DNA of 64,000 nt from Monocercomonoides exilis PA203 (Eukaryota; Protista; Preaxostyla), in the NCBI GenBank assembly GCA_001643675.2, contig LSRY02000027.1:186001-250000 (forward strand). The letters run 5' to 3'. This document shows, in pieces, positions 14,401-23,630 of the stretch (the stretch's first letter is position 1; each line of letters begins with the position of its first letter). Both the position numbers and the translations under genes were made by a program. Under the pieces are notes generated by a model. That model saw only the letters and a program-made list of their open reading frames with translations, was not told the origin of the DNA and searched no databases.

Positions 14401-14638
14401 TAAAAGCATTCATAAATGAAATGTTGTCGTTGTTTGGTAATCCTTTCAATAAATTTCCGCTATGTGCTTTCTTTCGTTCAATAAAAGAAATTTTGTAAGG
14501 ATTTTCAAAAAAATTAATGTGCTGAACAGCTTCCCCTTCACTATCCTTGGAAACTTGCTCATAAATTTCACAAGTGTTGAAAATAACAAAAAAGAACGTG
14601 TAACGAAACATTATCAAGAAAAAATTCAAGAAAAACAT
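2435..14638 (-). CDS. Giant type-I membrane protein: repeated Pmp-like beta-helix ectodomain (GGAI / FxxN / FxxC), single TM helix, cytoplasmic degenerate TK/TKL-like pseudokinase
   Basis: Uninterrupted 4067-aa ORF with a hydrophobic N-terminus and 8 CGxxxxxC-capped modules carrying GGAI/GGGI motifs. TM IVTLILFAVLFLLVFIICIALAV followed by RWRK. Kinase C-lobe motifs LRWKAPE..SVAFSIGMMLWECLT..PF..GERP are present; GxGxxG, HRD and DFG are not seen. Confidence 0.85.
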   Translation of the reverse strand: MFFLNFFLIMFRYTFFFVIFNTCEIYEQVSKDSEGEAVQHINFFENPYKISFIERKKAHSGNLLKGLPNNDNISFMNAFISSLFSERNSSVSFSFCNFFQEEGKNIAMLNHASETSVRCCCFQISFKVFKNPVLLSSGHVCFSNLTLILPKITSICPTLVEMDQLPSNINTVRISHSAFEHIVINSCSPLIASEYISTTVIDCFFLNTTQSARNFHEALVRSKSYKQESCLINCELSDCANPFDGTVICAEMGNGFHSFNSSFLRSKTIYVKQNYSVPLGSFSEGSVSFQSCRFENITSTDRSGGAIRITGTASLLVKDSTFTNCTGTSDKYSSRGGAIYSESTQNCYLKRDNFSCCKLIKTNILNDVFGAGLTLFFGTGEFDQCCFDSCICGYAGGALNLEMHQGSTFVNSIFKSNRAETCYSGAFHIADMRGEDRFFDCLFENNFAYKTGGAITWTRPSGKARCLIHFCFFDNNIASEDNGTDIIFKEGSELIASIDWFICSFSSSQSNKRVALGSTDRSEWLPDVPTVNDPIYVNHSKTDGDHFNCGNIGDECKSIQFSLSQWVSHRHEAILICSENIIENKIDIIGRAVNIRKADNIQTVTIKSNTSSKSFVSIGYGSLSVEDITICHDQILSKSASLITINESYGSLHLFHCNVTASTSNDAFYTPFFQLEDGKALLEDCNIHSITFDECSLFTLSKSTQLVFNGAYIKNIVREKGDGPIFSYELISGERFEIANVSIENCSSTNGNGGGIALTLGSGCHFSFGGLSAFTELSQCTAQSGNGGGIYLNLREAIVDFSIINPSFTNNNALYGRDLFVSSPSLLKSITNETITYFSSTFTEEEAMGIDGATPSTAIPLLYILKSREDKISVGEDGNDIVACGFAAFKCQTILYSLSQQAQYKSISFDSDYHMNETLSLSELSDISFVGKDQESAVHWIGCDIASVGVMTINCVTDFSSITFLLQARLFSTQTTAFYLQEDSAKCTIKECTIKGDVDVTSVPFSFAKVEKGSLIVLRVTAESLSFSNAPFVHCIGSTSHLSVYSTQALNIIPSGYSSLILLESNSYLTVTNTSFISEMNGTRSLIEIDRALESEISNNTFSGIVLSSGNGAVISGTAGSQQIIKIDDNEIGGICSQGNGGGIALSMEAGSILRIGETKNVIFNACKAQMTSAIGGFGGGIYLNLVKSFENLKLNSIQFIDCSANRTGTNLFLRATNFSKIVNKETFGFSPNTDVITELNGYENNNETYCIPLVTYLRQNPSPITVGGLNKFDFERCGYNDAPCVTIDYAFDRWNAAQGLNCVIVLKAELFGELSLSTGSYSFLANDVQSKFTVSSNPVDNLEGLIKNSVTSTFKLLMFALPNSFQRCNSLFFSSSGTLTIDECTVATSAPNQIQYAFAVVTGGLFCLTGLNIDGLTFSSFPFIELINEASSSVDSCIFSSVKGPDDKGIIYYTSTGTFSIQGSSFIDNSATNCPAICDLNGHSLNISECTFDGLWRREGNGGAVNALLDSGQSIFMPNNTFDSCQAMKGCGGGAYVSLSGNAQLKIGNNDSITSFEKCAAKEDNSKGGYGGALMLICAEQAANFVLRTLSFGSGEAANVAINGGKNIFLECGSLQKLVHSSKFAFQMKINVDDQPDLDEFMGTEENYRSSPVPLVLFLRTFYSPCVVGNGGMDYSQCGFKDFPCLTIPFAAEARFPSSNASIQLLQSFSFLDHLLLSAKPISIASLSSEPIEVLEGGIGEGDALIETKVQVTFDGIVYSLPQSFNVPRKSFLLCSESTLTIANCVITASLVNPSYSFLMTSNGNVEIKNFTSNDIAFATASIFVFSGRLTKGTMKDIKWVNVTSSHLRGLISVSNESGISFENSTVSDSKYANSPMLTIDEKASVTMNNNTYSQLTRENGNGCVVNGNIGDEKVFEAKNCSFTLISCLDDNGKGGSVKVITESGGTFSFIKSTINESSVEETPDGQGGGIHLTLSSVNAKYGIKADTFVNNKANIGKDIYLQCQEPSVMLNPSFWEGSIEEDFDEDRFWVYDNSSTPAINISILAFLFPEGENIVFVNGNYTNGQGCGTEPLPCKDIGHGFKIMKDSQNILRITDNTFLDVEIARSISLNIQGKGTTQLNVAIERDAHFVLNGNDKLFYNIRQLAFTIDDSVAHEELFSIFSGQCSITNCTFMGDDNLNDPINLWIAQINGGSFQLDKVLLEGFSFGSEKGIIRAESGTVSMQNSTFRNVNSDLSSLTFLGSTSANINDNCTFENFTSLRMDGGAFHIEIDMNGAFEISNSTIEECKAGLTNGKGGGIFLNLVTEISTTYLFSELKMKSNIASVGRDIFFFGTDLNASIDTKRFLLNFTNEVEGENLDLMGQDASYFKEGYHNLLLFLVQYLSSEVFVSSIGFDMVGCGSRTYPCASFWRGYQNIQKDENIILWINAEVQLKDCYDLSSFTIQSISFPQRANLTISQEISDNSGKSIIMTSEFLIFDSIAFILPSKFNTDRNSLVSTSGQEASISFQNCIFQENSMEQVKYSLLSASGSSLILNKTTISLMSFTHTPFQASCQANIENCSFSSVKTPIEEGGALKVSLSDSSSLLIKNTTANKCEASLSNGKGGFLYLDCTQSSLLLPFVLDSIVQDSNNAKVGKCLFVSSFSLNKTVTNQSFLFPFESYGNDSALFAGKDGTFNETDLLRFLISYTSSLIYVSSLGFDVLRCGSRNDPCNSFWTGYQRMNQIAAEKEMSLSVSTTLEDSYVLSDYLIQSSAVELSEKLRAIIFIQKNERNEDSDVFLSNTGKLTFNQITFSIESNFFNEKGTIIESKEGLLTFLACSLCTNSTSTSPANYSFVSLKEGELFVNELFIEQANFGKSVIVTRSNCVANIEKLQISMINITDGSIIEYFLPDGRNLLKNSVSSSLMINASVINSANSQDSVPCVLSAEKANPSVTQISNTIFNDVRSSTSLSGGVIKNVLTRGSSFVLVNSSVEQCSCSTSQGRGGGVYLTSSLTGDLNFLFRNMTFSSNAAKIGRDIFVACFNIKTQINETQFRFELRETHYNSFNAIYGIDEVEYNSEPVNLMEFIVIHQSDIIFISTDSTTANEDNKKCGTQSLPCRTVQYASTHLTFDYKSQLVVINEVAINTEFDLGDLTFTSRSYTSAIVQVESSISASRSSVIICHETVELVLLAFAFEADSDSAHETLLTIDSGVLSISRCSFSASDPASLSELPFGIVFSRRSSVSISDCQISELLFLENPAIMGFHSSIKISQVNLTSLSSQPSVFNLADSCRLEIEKLFASDVTLKSSSIYNFDLSESKTNESGSPFHNFSAALCSFLNVSCNSSHSSILSSQPNALELKLLNCTFEKCCSTLDKGYTIALSSCKNGSIESCLFDGVELDVSTGKKGNGYMNDICHWNGSIIDLDKSSISIKDSMFMNSFKGGLSITGGSLSVEKSEFSNNKILIDGYPSPRRNVICDEGAELNVVSLKGGDGQEKNSSLWFLNEGCTLKGIASERSSVFFIPAIRSIQTEDVEDDLRLLITGILLLPCNISLRICSAIGDAFLYETYYFSEEGYISENEVNISIPLKVISSASEETEVSASILYGQSSSPSETNKWILKNRTFANSEGANVSKGNINNTDWKIVTLILFAVLFLLVFIICIALAVRWRKAKERTEELEEIVNDTVRKDPKAFEMVTMEMSPEEQWRRAEREAEKKNEERIKKRVYEKTMEHSESSEHLLSECGSTEYILGRDSDKIPEWALEKVEEEETRKRTPSPSISSTSTTSTTDSDSSFICGEDLCPTTSSMSNLVDAMACSSPHEKLIVDLRDSLFMLLHGRNAKKEMAIGTLKEREMTAAQILFWVANLALHSFDEMENELSSLANLSPHIVLFSEHMVICIALHSDCSSDSDSSSVSSLTIVSSSSNISVLSERFTDSPPPSSAFEDEDSFKKECLRWKAPELQVNKKMGATKESVAFSIGMMLWECLTLDVPFGEYEAEVAGQKIVNGERPNLEHVKKSNYLEFIRISLSENQTDRPTLFGMKREFITHFPANAVILTITDAICDENSSDGKKKTNSHEKKKEENQK

Positions 14639-14735
14639 TGAACGAAAGTTTCTCAGACAAAAAATATGGGCTACGACAAAAATTTAAAAAAAAATGAGAC
14701 ACTTTTGTGAAATGAAAATAAAGATTTATTTTGTT

Positions 14736-15800
14736 TTATTCAATGGGAGAAGCAATTTCCATCGAGACCTGCATTTTTTGTTGTTGTGGAGAAGGTGAAC
14801 CAAAAAATCCAGGTGATTGAACAGATGAAACGAGATCAGCTTCTCCAAATCCAAATTCATTTTCCATTAATTGTCTTTCTTCTTCTTCGTCTTCTATCCA
14901 TTCTGGAAGTTTTACGCCTTTTGCCTAGTTTGGAAATAGAAAATTAAGTTTTTATTTATAAGAATCAAAGAGGATGAAATGAAAATGGAAAATCAAACTT
15001 TTGCACGTCTTTTGATCTCTTCGAGTTTCGCTTCTTCTAAGCGCACAAGTTTCCTCTGTCTTTCAATGTTTTCTTTCATCTTTTGAGCGCGGGCTCGCTT
15101 TTTCTCTTTGTCTTCGAGATCTTCATCTTGTTGAATAAGTTGAGCTTGAAGTGAGTTTGTTTGCCTAGAAAGAGAAAGAAGTTGTAGATGAAGCGCAAGA
15201 AAATCAACAGCCGTTCTTTCACTTGTGTGTTCGTGTTCTATTTTGAAAATAAAAACGTCATTGTTTTGAATAATATTTCAGCAAACCTAAATCGGCTTCC
15301 AATTTACTTGCGAGAAGAGTAAGTCTATTTTCAAGTTCCGCAACTTCTTCCTTTGCCAATTCCAAAGAACGTTCAGATCGTTTTTTTGCTTCCTCAAATT
15401 TTGACGCTTCAATCTTTGCTGCCCTTTCTGCTTTTATATAATTTGCCAAGTTTGGTTCTCCTCCTTCATAAATTTGGCGAAGTCTTTTTATTTCTCTATC
15501 TTTAATTGCTTGCATAGTCATAGCTTCCTGGTCCGCAGCTGCACAATGAGATATTTTATCTTTCAATTCAATGACAGTCTGTTTCAATTTTAATATTTGC
15601 TGTCGATCATATTCTGTAGCTTCTATTAATTCTTGCTGCTTAGAATTCGCAGCTAGCAGTCGATCTAATTCTTTTTGACATGCTATCTTATCAGCCTCTA
15701 ATTTTTTTGTTGCCTCATCAATCTCACGGAATTGATCTTCAAGTTCATGGAAAACTTCATGTACACTTGTAGAAAATTGTGAATATTCTTGTTTTGACAT
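14736..15800 (-). CDS. Coiled-coil protein, 3 exons, unknown function
   Basis: MSKQEYSQF...KLEADL|EHEHTSERTAV...KRRAK|AKGVKLPEW...ASPIE*, joined through two short GT-AG introns (~15240-15286 and ~14948-14997). Heptad-rich E/K/Q/L composition. Confidence 0.7.
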
Positions 15801-15921
15801 CTGATAAATCAAATAAAACCAAATACAAAAATTTGTTGATCTTTATCCATATTAATGAAATTGACACAAATACGATCAAGAAAAGCAAAAACGGTAAATT
15901 CAGATCTGATCTCAAGAATTC

Positions 15922-16574
15922 ATGAAGCGTATGCGGCTTTAATAAAGATGATAGCTCATAGAAAAAATTTATTCTTGATTTAAAATGAATTAATTTAATT
16001 TTTGTGCGTGTATGTTGAATTTCATAGTTTGCAAACCAGGTCAAATCGCGATTGTTCTTGCTGGAAGAAACAAAGGACGTAGAGTTGTGTGCCTTAAAAA
16101 TCTTAAGAATGGATTAATTCTGTGCACTGGTTTGAAATTTTTTGTTTTTCAATTTTAACCTTCTGACTTTGTTTGATTAATGAATTTTTATTTGAATCTA
16201 CGTTTTTTTCTTGATTATATCTTTATTTTGCAGGTCCTTATAAGCTCAATGGTGTTCCACTTCGACGTTTTAATCGCGCATATCTTATTCTCACAAAAAC
16301 TCGTGTGAACGTTTCAAAAGTTGACCTTTCAGGAGTAAGAGAAGATATGTTCAGAAAGAAGAAACTTCGCTTCAAGAAAGCACATAAGGATGATTTTACT
16401 CAAAAGAAGCAAAGAGCACGTAACACAAAGAGAACTAAGGAATTGCTTGCCCTTCAAAAGACAATTGATAAGCCTTTGATGCAATCAATTAGAAAAATTC
16501 CTCGTATGCAGGGATATCTGAAATCGTTCTTTACACTCACAAACACACAACGCCCACACATGATGAGATTTTAA
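15922..16574 (+). CDS. RPL6: 60S ribosomal protein L6 (eL6), 3 exons
   Basis: Spliced product MKL|CKPGQIAIVLAGRNKGRRVVCLKNLKNGLILCT|GPYKLNGVPLRRFN...YLKSFFTLTNTQRPHMMRF matches the eL6 KOW region and C-terminus. Introns 15929-16027 and 16130-16233. The 7-nt first exon is inferred from phase. Confidence 0.9.
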
Positions 16575-16783
16575 ATTGGAAATTGTTCCATTCTCTCATT
16601 TCTTCAGTATTTTTTTTGGTTATGATGAACGATTACACCAGCAAGACGTTTATTCAATTCATTATTTACACAAGTTATTTTTTAAAAAACAATTCATGCA
16701 AGGCAAGTGAGAAAAGTTTCGTATGTATATAAACAAAACATCAAAATAAAAATCAAAAAAAAAATGTAGTGGTATGAAACATA

Positions 16784-18380
16784 TCAACGCTTTGTGGGCT
16801 TCACTTTTTTAGGTTCAACATGGCATCTTCGGCCATCTATAACAACAAACGGGAGTTCTGCAAGCGCTCTGAGTTTTTCTTGCATATTCTCAAACTCCAC
16901 AAAAGCTATTCCTCGATTCCTCACGAATCCTTCGCCTCTCATGATAGGCATAGTGACCTGACTGACTTGATAATCTCCGAATGCTTCATCCACCATTTCT
17001 GGTGTAGCATCCTCAGAAATGTTTCTCACTGCAACCGTCAGATAATCGTTGAGATGTGGTATTGAAGAAGAAGTCTGAGATGATTCGAGGGGAGAAGAAG
17101 TGGTTTGACTTGATGTTGAGGAGGAAGATGGGTATGGCGATGTGGATGATTGGCGTAGTGCTTTTGAGCCAGGGGTAGAATAAGTATCTAGAGATTGCGG
17201 GGTTGTTTTTCCAGAAAGTTTTTTTTTGCTTCTTTTTTTTCGAGAGCGCGGTGCTGGGGCCTGTGGTTGCTTCGGGAATGCAGTTGACTGTGCAGATGTC
17301 TGAAACGGAATTTCTTTCTTTAAAGACCTCAGCATTGCCAAATTTGCAAAGGTCACTTCGAGCTCTGTATCTCCAAACATTTCCTTATCTATCATCTGCA
17401 ACGCCCGTAATGCCGTCGGGTAGGAATCCATTCCTATGATAGCAAAATTCGTCTTTTCTGGCATTTTTGTATATATTTCTATGTTTGTTCTTCAAAGAAC
17501 ATTTTGACGGGAAAATTGTTTGAATGATTTTTCGTCGCACAACAATAATCAATAAAATTATTTGAATTCATTAAAATGAAAAATAAAAATCCAACTAAAA
17601 TTCAAACATTTCTCCATATGCTCCGAAAAGATCTCGAATTGCCTGAATGCTCATTGTATCTGGAAAATTATGTAGATGAAGACATCGATCGCTATTTTCT
17701 GGAACCAAAGGTTGATGTCCTTTTCCTTCATGTGTTTGATTAACAAATCCATAATCTGCAGCTAATTCTTGCCCTTCGCATTTGTACCTGTGAAGAGTTC
17801 GAACAACATTTGCAGCATCTTCTTCATTTTTCATTTCTGCAAAAACTATTTTTGATGACGACGAAGATAATGCAGATTTTGGCATGGAAAAATCAACGCT
17901 TTAAAATAAATCATTTTCATTTAATTAATAATAATTATTAAAAATATAATTTTTAGCAAACATTTCTCCAAAATTTTCAAGAAGAATTCTTATATCCTTT
18001 AATGTATATTTTGAGGGGAAATTACGGACTGTAACTTTTGTTTTGCTTCTTATTCTCCCATCAAAAACTACGTTTATATTTAAATCGCCAATCAATTTTT
18101 TGTCCAATGCTTCAATTGCTTTTGTTGCATGTTCAACTGAATCCATTTGAACGTAAAATACATTTGATTTCTTGTGATGTGAATCACCCTTTCCAAGATT
18201 CATTCTAAAAATGAATGTTTAATACGAATTCTCTTTTTAAATAAAATCAAGAGATGCATACACATCGCCAAATTCAGAAAAAAGTTTAAGAATATCATCT
18301 TTCGTTATTTTAGGATCAACATCGCGAACATAAATATATTCGCTGGGAGGTGGATCTTTTTTTGTTTCGCTCTCCGCCAT
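16784..18380 (-). CDS. Multi-RRM RNA-binding protein (4 RRMs, 4 exons)
   Basis: RNP2/RNP1-like motifs IYVRDVD, VTVRNFP, LHLHNFP, VAVRNIS...RGIAFVEF across ORF pieces 17925-18203, 17595-17885, 16784-17464 plus a first exon starting MAESETKK at 18380. Confidence 0.8.
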
Positions 18381-18741
18381 AGAAACGCGCGAATTGCAGT
18401 TATCTAATTGTTTTGATCATAATAAATAACAGAATATTTTTTGAAATGAAAAATTGGTATTTCGAATTTAATATTCTTTTTGGAATATCATTTCTTCCTT
18501 AAAAAATCAGAATTTTCATAGAAAATAACGAGACCCACAATATATTTGCTTTGAACTTTGTTATGATATTTTTTGATGAAGATGATCTTCGCGCGCAAGA
18601 AAAAAAAAAGAAAAAGAAAAAGAAGAAATGTTTGAATTTTTGAAATTACTTTTGGGAAGGTTGTGAATATCTTCCATTTGGATTTTAATTTGAATAAATT
18701 ATTTTTTGATTCGAATAGCTCAAGCTTTTTTGAGACATGAA

Positions 18742-20424
18742 ATGGAAGCTCCAGGATCCATTGAATATGAGCCTCAAATTGTAGATGAAGATGAAATTGA
18801 AAAGAGATTAATACTTCAAGCTTATGAAAATTTTGATTTAGCAAAGAATTCAACTAATCCTGTTGAAGATATATCAAATCAAATCAAAAAAATTACAGAC
18901 ATTGATTTATCGCATGTTTCAACGCTAAAGCCTGCTCAAGATCTTTCTCCTCCGAGAAGGTCGAATGTGACAAATAGAAATGATAATCAAGATCTTTCTC
19001 CAGAAAGACGAAAACCATCTGCATCTTCGGCTTCTTCAAAAGAGCATAAGCATCGTCACCATGAATCCAGAAGCTCTCGGCATAGGCACCATCGCAGTCA
19101 TCAAAGGCATCATAAACATAGATCAAGAAAGAATAGTAGAAGCACTTCAAAGGATAGTGTGGACAAAATGTATGAGAAACAATATAAATTAGAGGGAAGC
19201 AAACGATCTCATTCACATGAGGCTGCGAAACATAGCAAAAAAAAGAAAACATTAAATGAAGAAAAGCATAAAGTTTCATTCAGAAGAGAAGAATTGTCAT
19301 CTGAAGGAAGTGGTACAGAAAGCGAAGAAATCGCGTCTAATTCTTCAAACACTTCAGAGGCAGATGATGACGACTCCAGCACTGAAAGAGGAACAGTTTG
19401 CGCACATCTTTGAAATTTATTTGATTTTTTTTTAATTGCTTCATTTTGAATAAAAATTGAAATTTCAGTTCAATGAAGAAGATTACAAAATCATTGGAAA
19501 GGGTCAAAAAGCTGTTGTTCGAGACGAAAAGACAGGAAAAGTTGTGGGAGATGTAGAAACAACAGTGAAAAAGGAAAGAGAGAAAGAAGAAAGGATGAAG
19601 CAAATCAAAGAGATGCTTAATCGAGGCAAAGTCCAAATGCAACAAGAGGTTTCGATATTTTATTTTCTTTTCATATCCATCAATATAACATATGCGCATT
19701 CCACAACGTATTTTGTAAACTGTTTATCGGATTAACTAATAAATTTTTCTCTATTGTTCCTTCGTTTAATTTTTCTTCAGAAAGAAAAGGAGAAAAGGCT
19801 GGAAGAACTGAAATATGCCCCGTTTGCAAGGAGCCTCAACGACAAAGAGTATCTTGATGAAATGGAACAGGAAATTATCGATGACGATCCAATGAAGGAT
19901 TATTTTGTATGACAAAAATTCTTTTTTCTTTTGATTTTTTTATTTTTTTGATTGTATGTTTCAATTTCCAACTTTTATTTGCAGGCCGAAAAGGAAGAAA
20001 AGAAACGAAAAGGAAAATCTTCATCCAAACACAAGAAAAATCGTTCTGGAGAATCAGCCGAAGAGCACCCCTCAGATTCATTGTCCTCTTCATCTTCTTC
20101 TTCGATAAAGCCTAAATACACTGGACCTCCTGCGCCTCCAAATAGATTTGGCATTCTTCCTGGGCATCTTTGGTTTGTTCATAATATTCAAATATTTTTA
20201 AAGTTTTTTTCAAATCTCCAATTTATTATTGAAACCTCTTTTTTTATAATGTTATCCTGCATACCTCTTTATTTTTGATGATTACTGGATTTTTTTACAA
20301 TCACTGGTATTTCAGGGATGGCAGAGATCGTAGCAATGGATTTGAAGCACGCTTGTTTGAGGCAAAGAGTGAGAGGGCATTGAAGAATCAAAAGTTGTTG
20401 ATGGGGAGCATGATCGATTTTTGA
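18742..20424 (+). CDS. BUD13: Pre-mRNA splicing/RES complex factor BUD13/Cwc26, multi-exon
   Basis: QDLSPPRR and QDLSPERR repeats; YAPFARSLND...DDPMK; C-terminal PPNRFGILPGHLW|DGRDRSNGFE signature; TGA at 20422-20424. Start codon uncertain. Confidence 0.88.
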
Positions 20425-21279
20425 GCGATTTGGAAGAAGGAAGTGTTGTACAAGTTTCATCTTCATTATGCAATCGTATCTGCCCTTCTGATAAAGCGAC
20501 TTTTCATTGCGTTGTTTCTTATGAACAATTGAAAATCGCCATTGTTGTTAGCAACAACTTGATGTGGCTGCCAATTGGTGTTTCGTCGTAAAAAGGAACT
20601 GTGTTTTGCACTTGGTACATTCGTGCTTCTGTTGAAACGAACATATGAACAGCAATAGAAGACAATTTTATCTGCTTCTCTTTTGTAAATTGTGTGAGGG
20701 GGAAAAAAAAAGAATTGCAAACGGGAATAAAATTTATTTTGCCATTCAATGCGATGTTTGATTTCATCACACTTAACATTAAAAGGATATCAAAAATCAA
20801 AAAGAAATATTTTATTTTGTTTTATTTAATGAATGGGCTAAAGGAAAAAAAAAAAAAGATATTAAACATAAATAATGGATATGCAAATTAAAATGCAGTA
20901 TTAGCAATGAGAGGAAAAAGTCCATAATTAAAAGAAATACAAAAGGAAATGACAACAATAGACAAACAAAACGCAGAACTTATAGAAATATTGTCAATGT
21001 CACATACAACCTCAAATGCAAACATTATAATTGTTGCACAGAAACAAAATTGTAATGGAATAACTCAAAAAAACAAGACAAAAGCGAATTGAAATCATAT
21101 TCATATTCAATGCAAATAATAACAATTAAACTCCTTTCGTTATTCAACTTTCATTTCAACAAACGCTTTCATTTCCGTTCTTGTTCTTTTCATCATCTTG
21201 AGCAAATTTCATGTGTTATTCTACTGACCCTTTTTTCCTCTTCACTCTGCGCTGCAAATATGCAAAGGAGTGAATTCCC

Positions 21280-23567
21280 CTACATCACCTGATCCATCTG
21301 TATTCTCTTCTCAATCTGACTCTGCTTCACAGGCGTCTCCTCAAACAGCTGCAGAAGTGACAGCAGCTCAATTCGAGTGTTGAGCCCAGCTCCTCTCACA
21401 TAAAACTTGTTCACCTGCGGGATGTTGCAGATCCGAACAGGAAGAGGCACCTCGTTGCGGAAGAACTGCGCCTCTTTCGTGTTCATGTTGATCTCAATGC
21501 GAGCTATGTCTCCTGACTCAAATCCTTCAAGTTGCTCGCTTTTCGTGCCTATTTGCAGTTGGCCACTGAAATAATATTCAATTTTTTTTTTCAATAAAAA
21601 TATTAAGAAATGAAGAAATCATTATTAAAAAACAATAAAAGAAATAATATATTATTCTTTAAGCACACTTGTTGTGATAAGCCACAGTCGACTTCTTCAG
21701 CTGATCCTCTGGCAAGTCTTCGTCCAGCTCTGCCATTCCAAACCCGAACTCAACAACAGAATCAGACAGGAGCATTGACGCCTTCCACTCCACAGACACC
21801 ACACCCTCCAGCATCACATGGTCGAGGAGCACACTCGTCTCTCTCTTCTTCAGCCACGTCAGCGCCTTCCCTTCGCAGAGCACAACACTTGCGTCTCTAA
21901 GCTCAAACTGCACTTGCGGAATGAGATCGGTGATGGACAGCGAGAGCTCCGCCATTCCTGCATCGTCTGCCTCTGACAGCGCTGATGAAGACGCCTTCTT
22001 GCCTTTCAAGTCGAGCCACGTGTAATCCTTCGACAGTGCAGCACCCCGAACTTGTTTGGTGGGTGCAAGGCTTTCGTCCTCCTCCAGCTTCTTCAGCTGC
22101 GAACGGGAGACAGCAGAAGTAAACGGTACAAAGGCAGGTGTCGAAGTGAGAGGCTTTTTAGCAGATCCTTCGGTAGATGCTATGGCTGTTCCGAGAGAAG
22201 GAAGCGGCACATTGTCATTGCCAAGCAACGAAAGCACTGGAGAATCACAGATTGGCACAGTAACGGCCTTCTTTTTTGAAGTTGGCGGGCGAGAAAATTG
22301 GAGAGAAAAGTCATTGGATTGTGGTTGTGTGCTTATTGAAGAAGATGATGATGAGGAAGAGGAGGATGATGAAGAAGAAGGTGTTGAAGAAGGAGAAGGA
22401 GAAGGAGAAGATGTCGTACCTGCTGATGGTCCACTTGAAGGCGAAGGCTTAAAAACATGGCTTGGTGGAGGTTGTGTCTGTGGATTAGCAACAGGTTGAA
22501 AAGCAGGAGGCAGCATGGGAGCAATGTTGGAAGTGTTTGAAGGAGGTGGCCCCATTCCCGCCATGAAAGGTTGGTTAACTGGTCTAATTACGGGTTGAGG
22601 ATATTGAGGTGAGTAATACGAATATTGAGGATACTGCTGCGGGGGTAATGCAGGAATTTGGGGTGGCATGTAAGAGATTATTTGTGGCTGATTTGGTAGA
22701 ACTTGTTGTCCAGGAATAATCATATTTCCGCTGACAACCTGAGGCTGCTGTTGCAACCACGAAGAATTTTTGCTCTTTTCTTTCAAATGTTCTAATTGTT
22801 TTTTCGTATCTTTTGTTAATGTTTCTACATCTCCTCGCATTGAATTGAATTGTTTTGCAAATTGTTTTTGCTCATCTCTAATTTGACTTAAAGAAATTTT
22901 AATTTCTGAAATTTGTTTAATTGCTGTTTCCCTCAGTGAAATTATAGAATCAAAAAGCTTTGAAAGAAGATCCTCGTTCACTTCTTTTTCATTTTGATTA
23001 TCAGTTTTCAAAGAAGTCATGCAATGTTCAGGTTCTTGGGAGTGCGCACTTTGAAGTTTTGAAGAGCATGTGTTTTCTGTATTATCTGCAGATTTTGGAG
23101 TGTTGCTTTCATTTGCTTCAGAAACATTCTGTTTCGTTTCTGTATTTCTTGGGTTACTCTTCCAGAAATTTGAAAAATACTTCATCACACGAGTTGCAAA
23201 ATCTTCCGCATATTCTTCTGTTGTGTCTAACACTAATAGAACATCATTTTTAAGCTGTTCAAAACAATTTTTTTCAACGTATTTCAAATAAAAAGTTTCG
23301 GGAGTGGATGAAAGTCTTGCAATTTGCCTTAGATTTTCTTCACCTAAAAATGAAAGATTTAACTCCGTATCTTTCCACCATGTTGCGATTGTTTCATTTT
23401 CATTGCCTTCGTCCATTAACCACAAAAATTTTTTCTGATCTGATTGAGTGATGAAATAATGCACTTATGGAAATATAAATTTCAGTGTTCAGTTTTCATT
23501 GATAAATATTTAATATTATAGAAAAACAGGAAGTCTTTAATTCTGGAAAAACTAAAATAACGAACAT
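21280..23567 (-). CDS. Hypothetical protein: coiled coil, Q/P/S-rich linker, C-terminal SPRY/B30.2-like beta domain; 3 exons
   Basis: Inferred first exon MFVILVFPELKTS| (23567-23528) splices in phase into ORF 21659-23464. Last exon GFESGDIARIEINMNTKEAQFFRNEVPLPVRICNIP resembles SPRY C-terminal strands. Confidence 0.65.
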
Positions 23568-23630
23568 TTTTAAAACGTATTTATTATATAAAAGATCAAA
23601 TTTGTTAAGTTATATTAAAATATATAAGAA

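Noticed and set aside
20466-21292. Short ORFs between BUD13 and the SPRY-like gene
   Set aside because: No motifs; consistent with 3' UTR or intergenic sequence.
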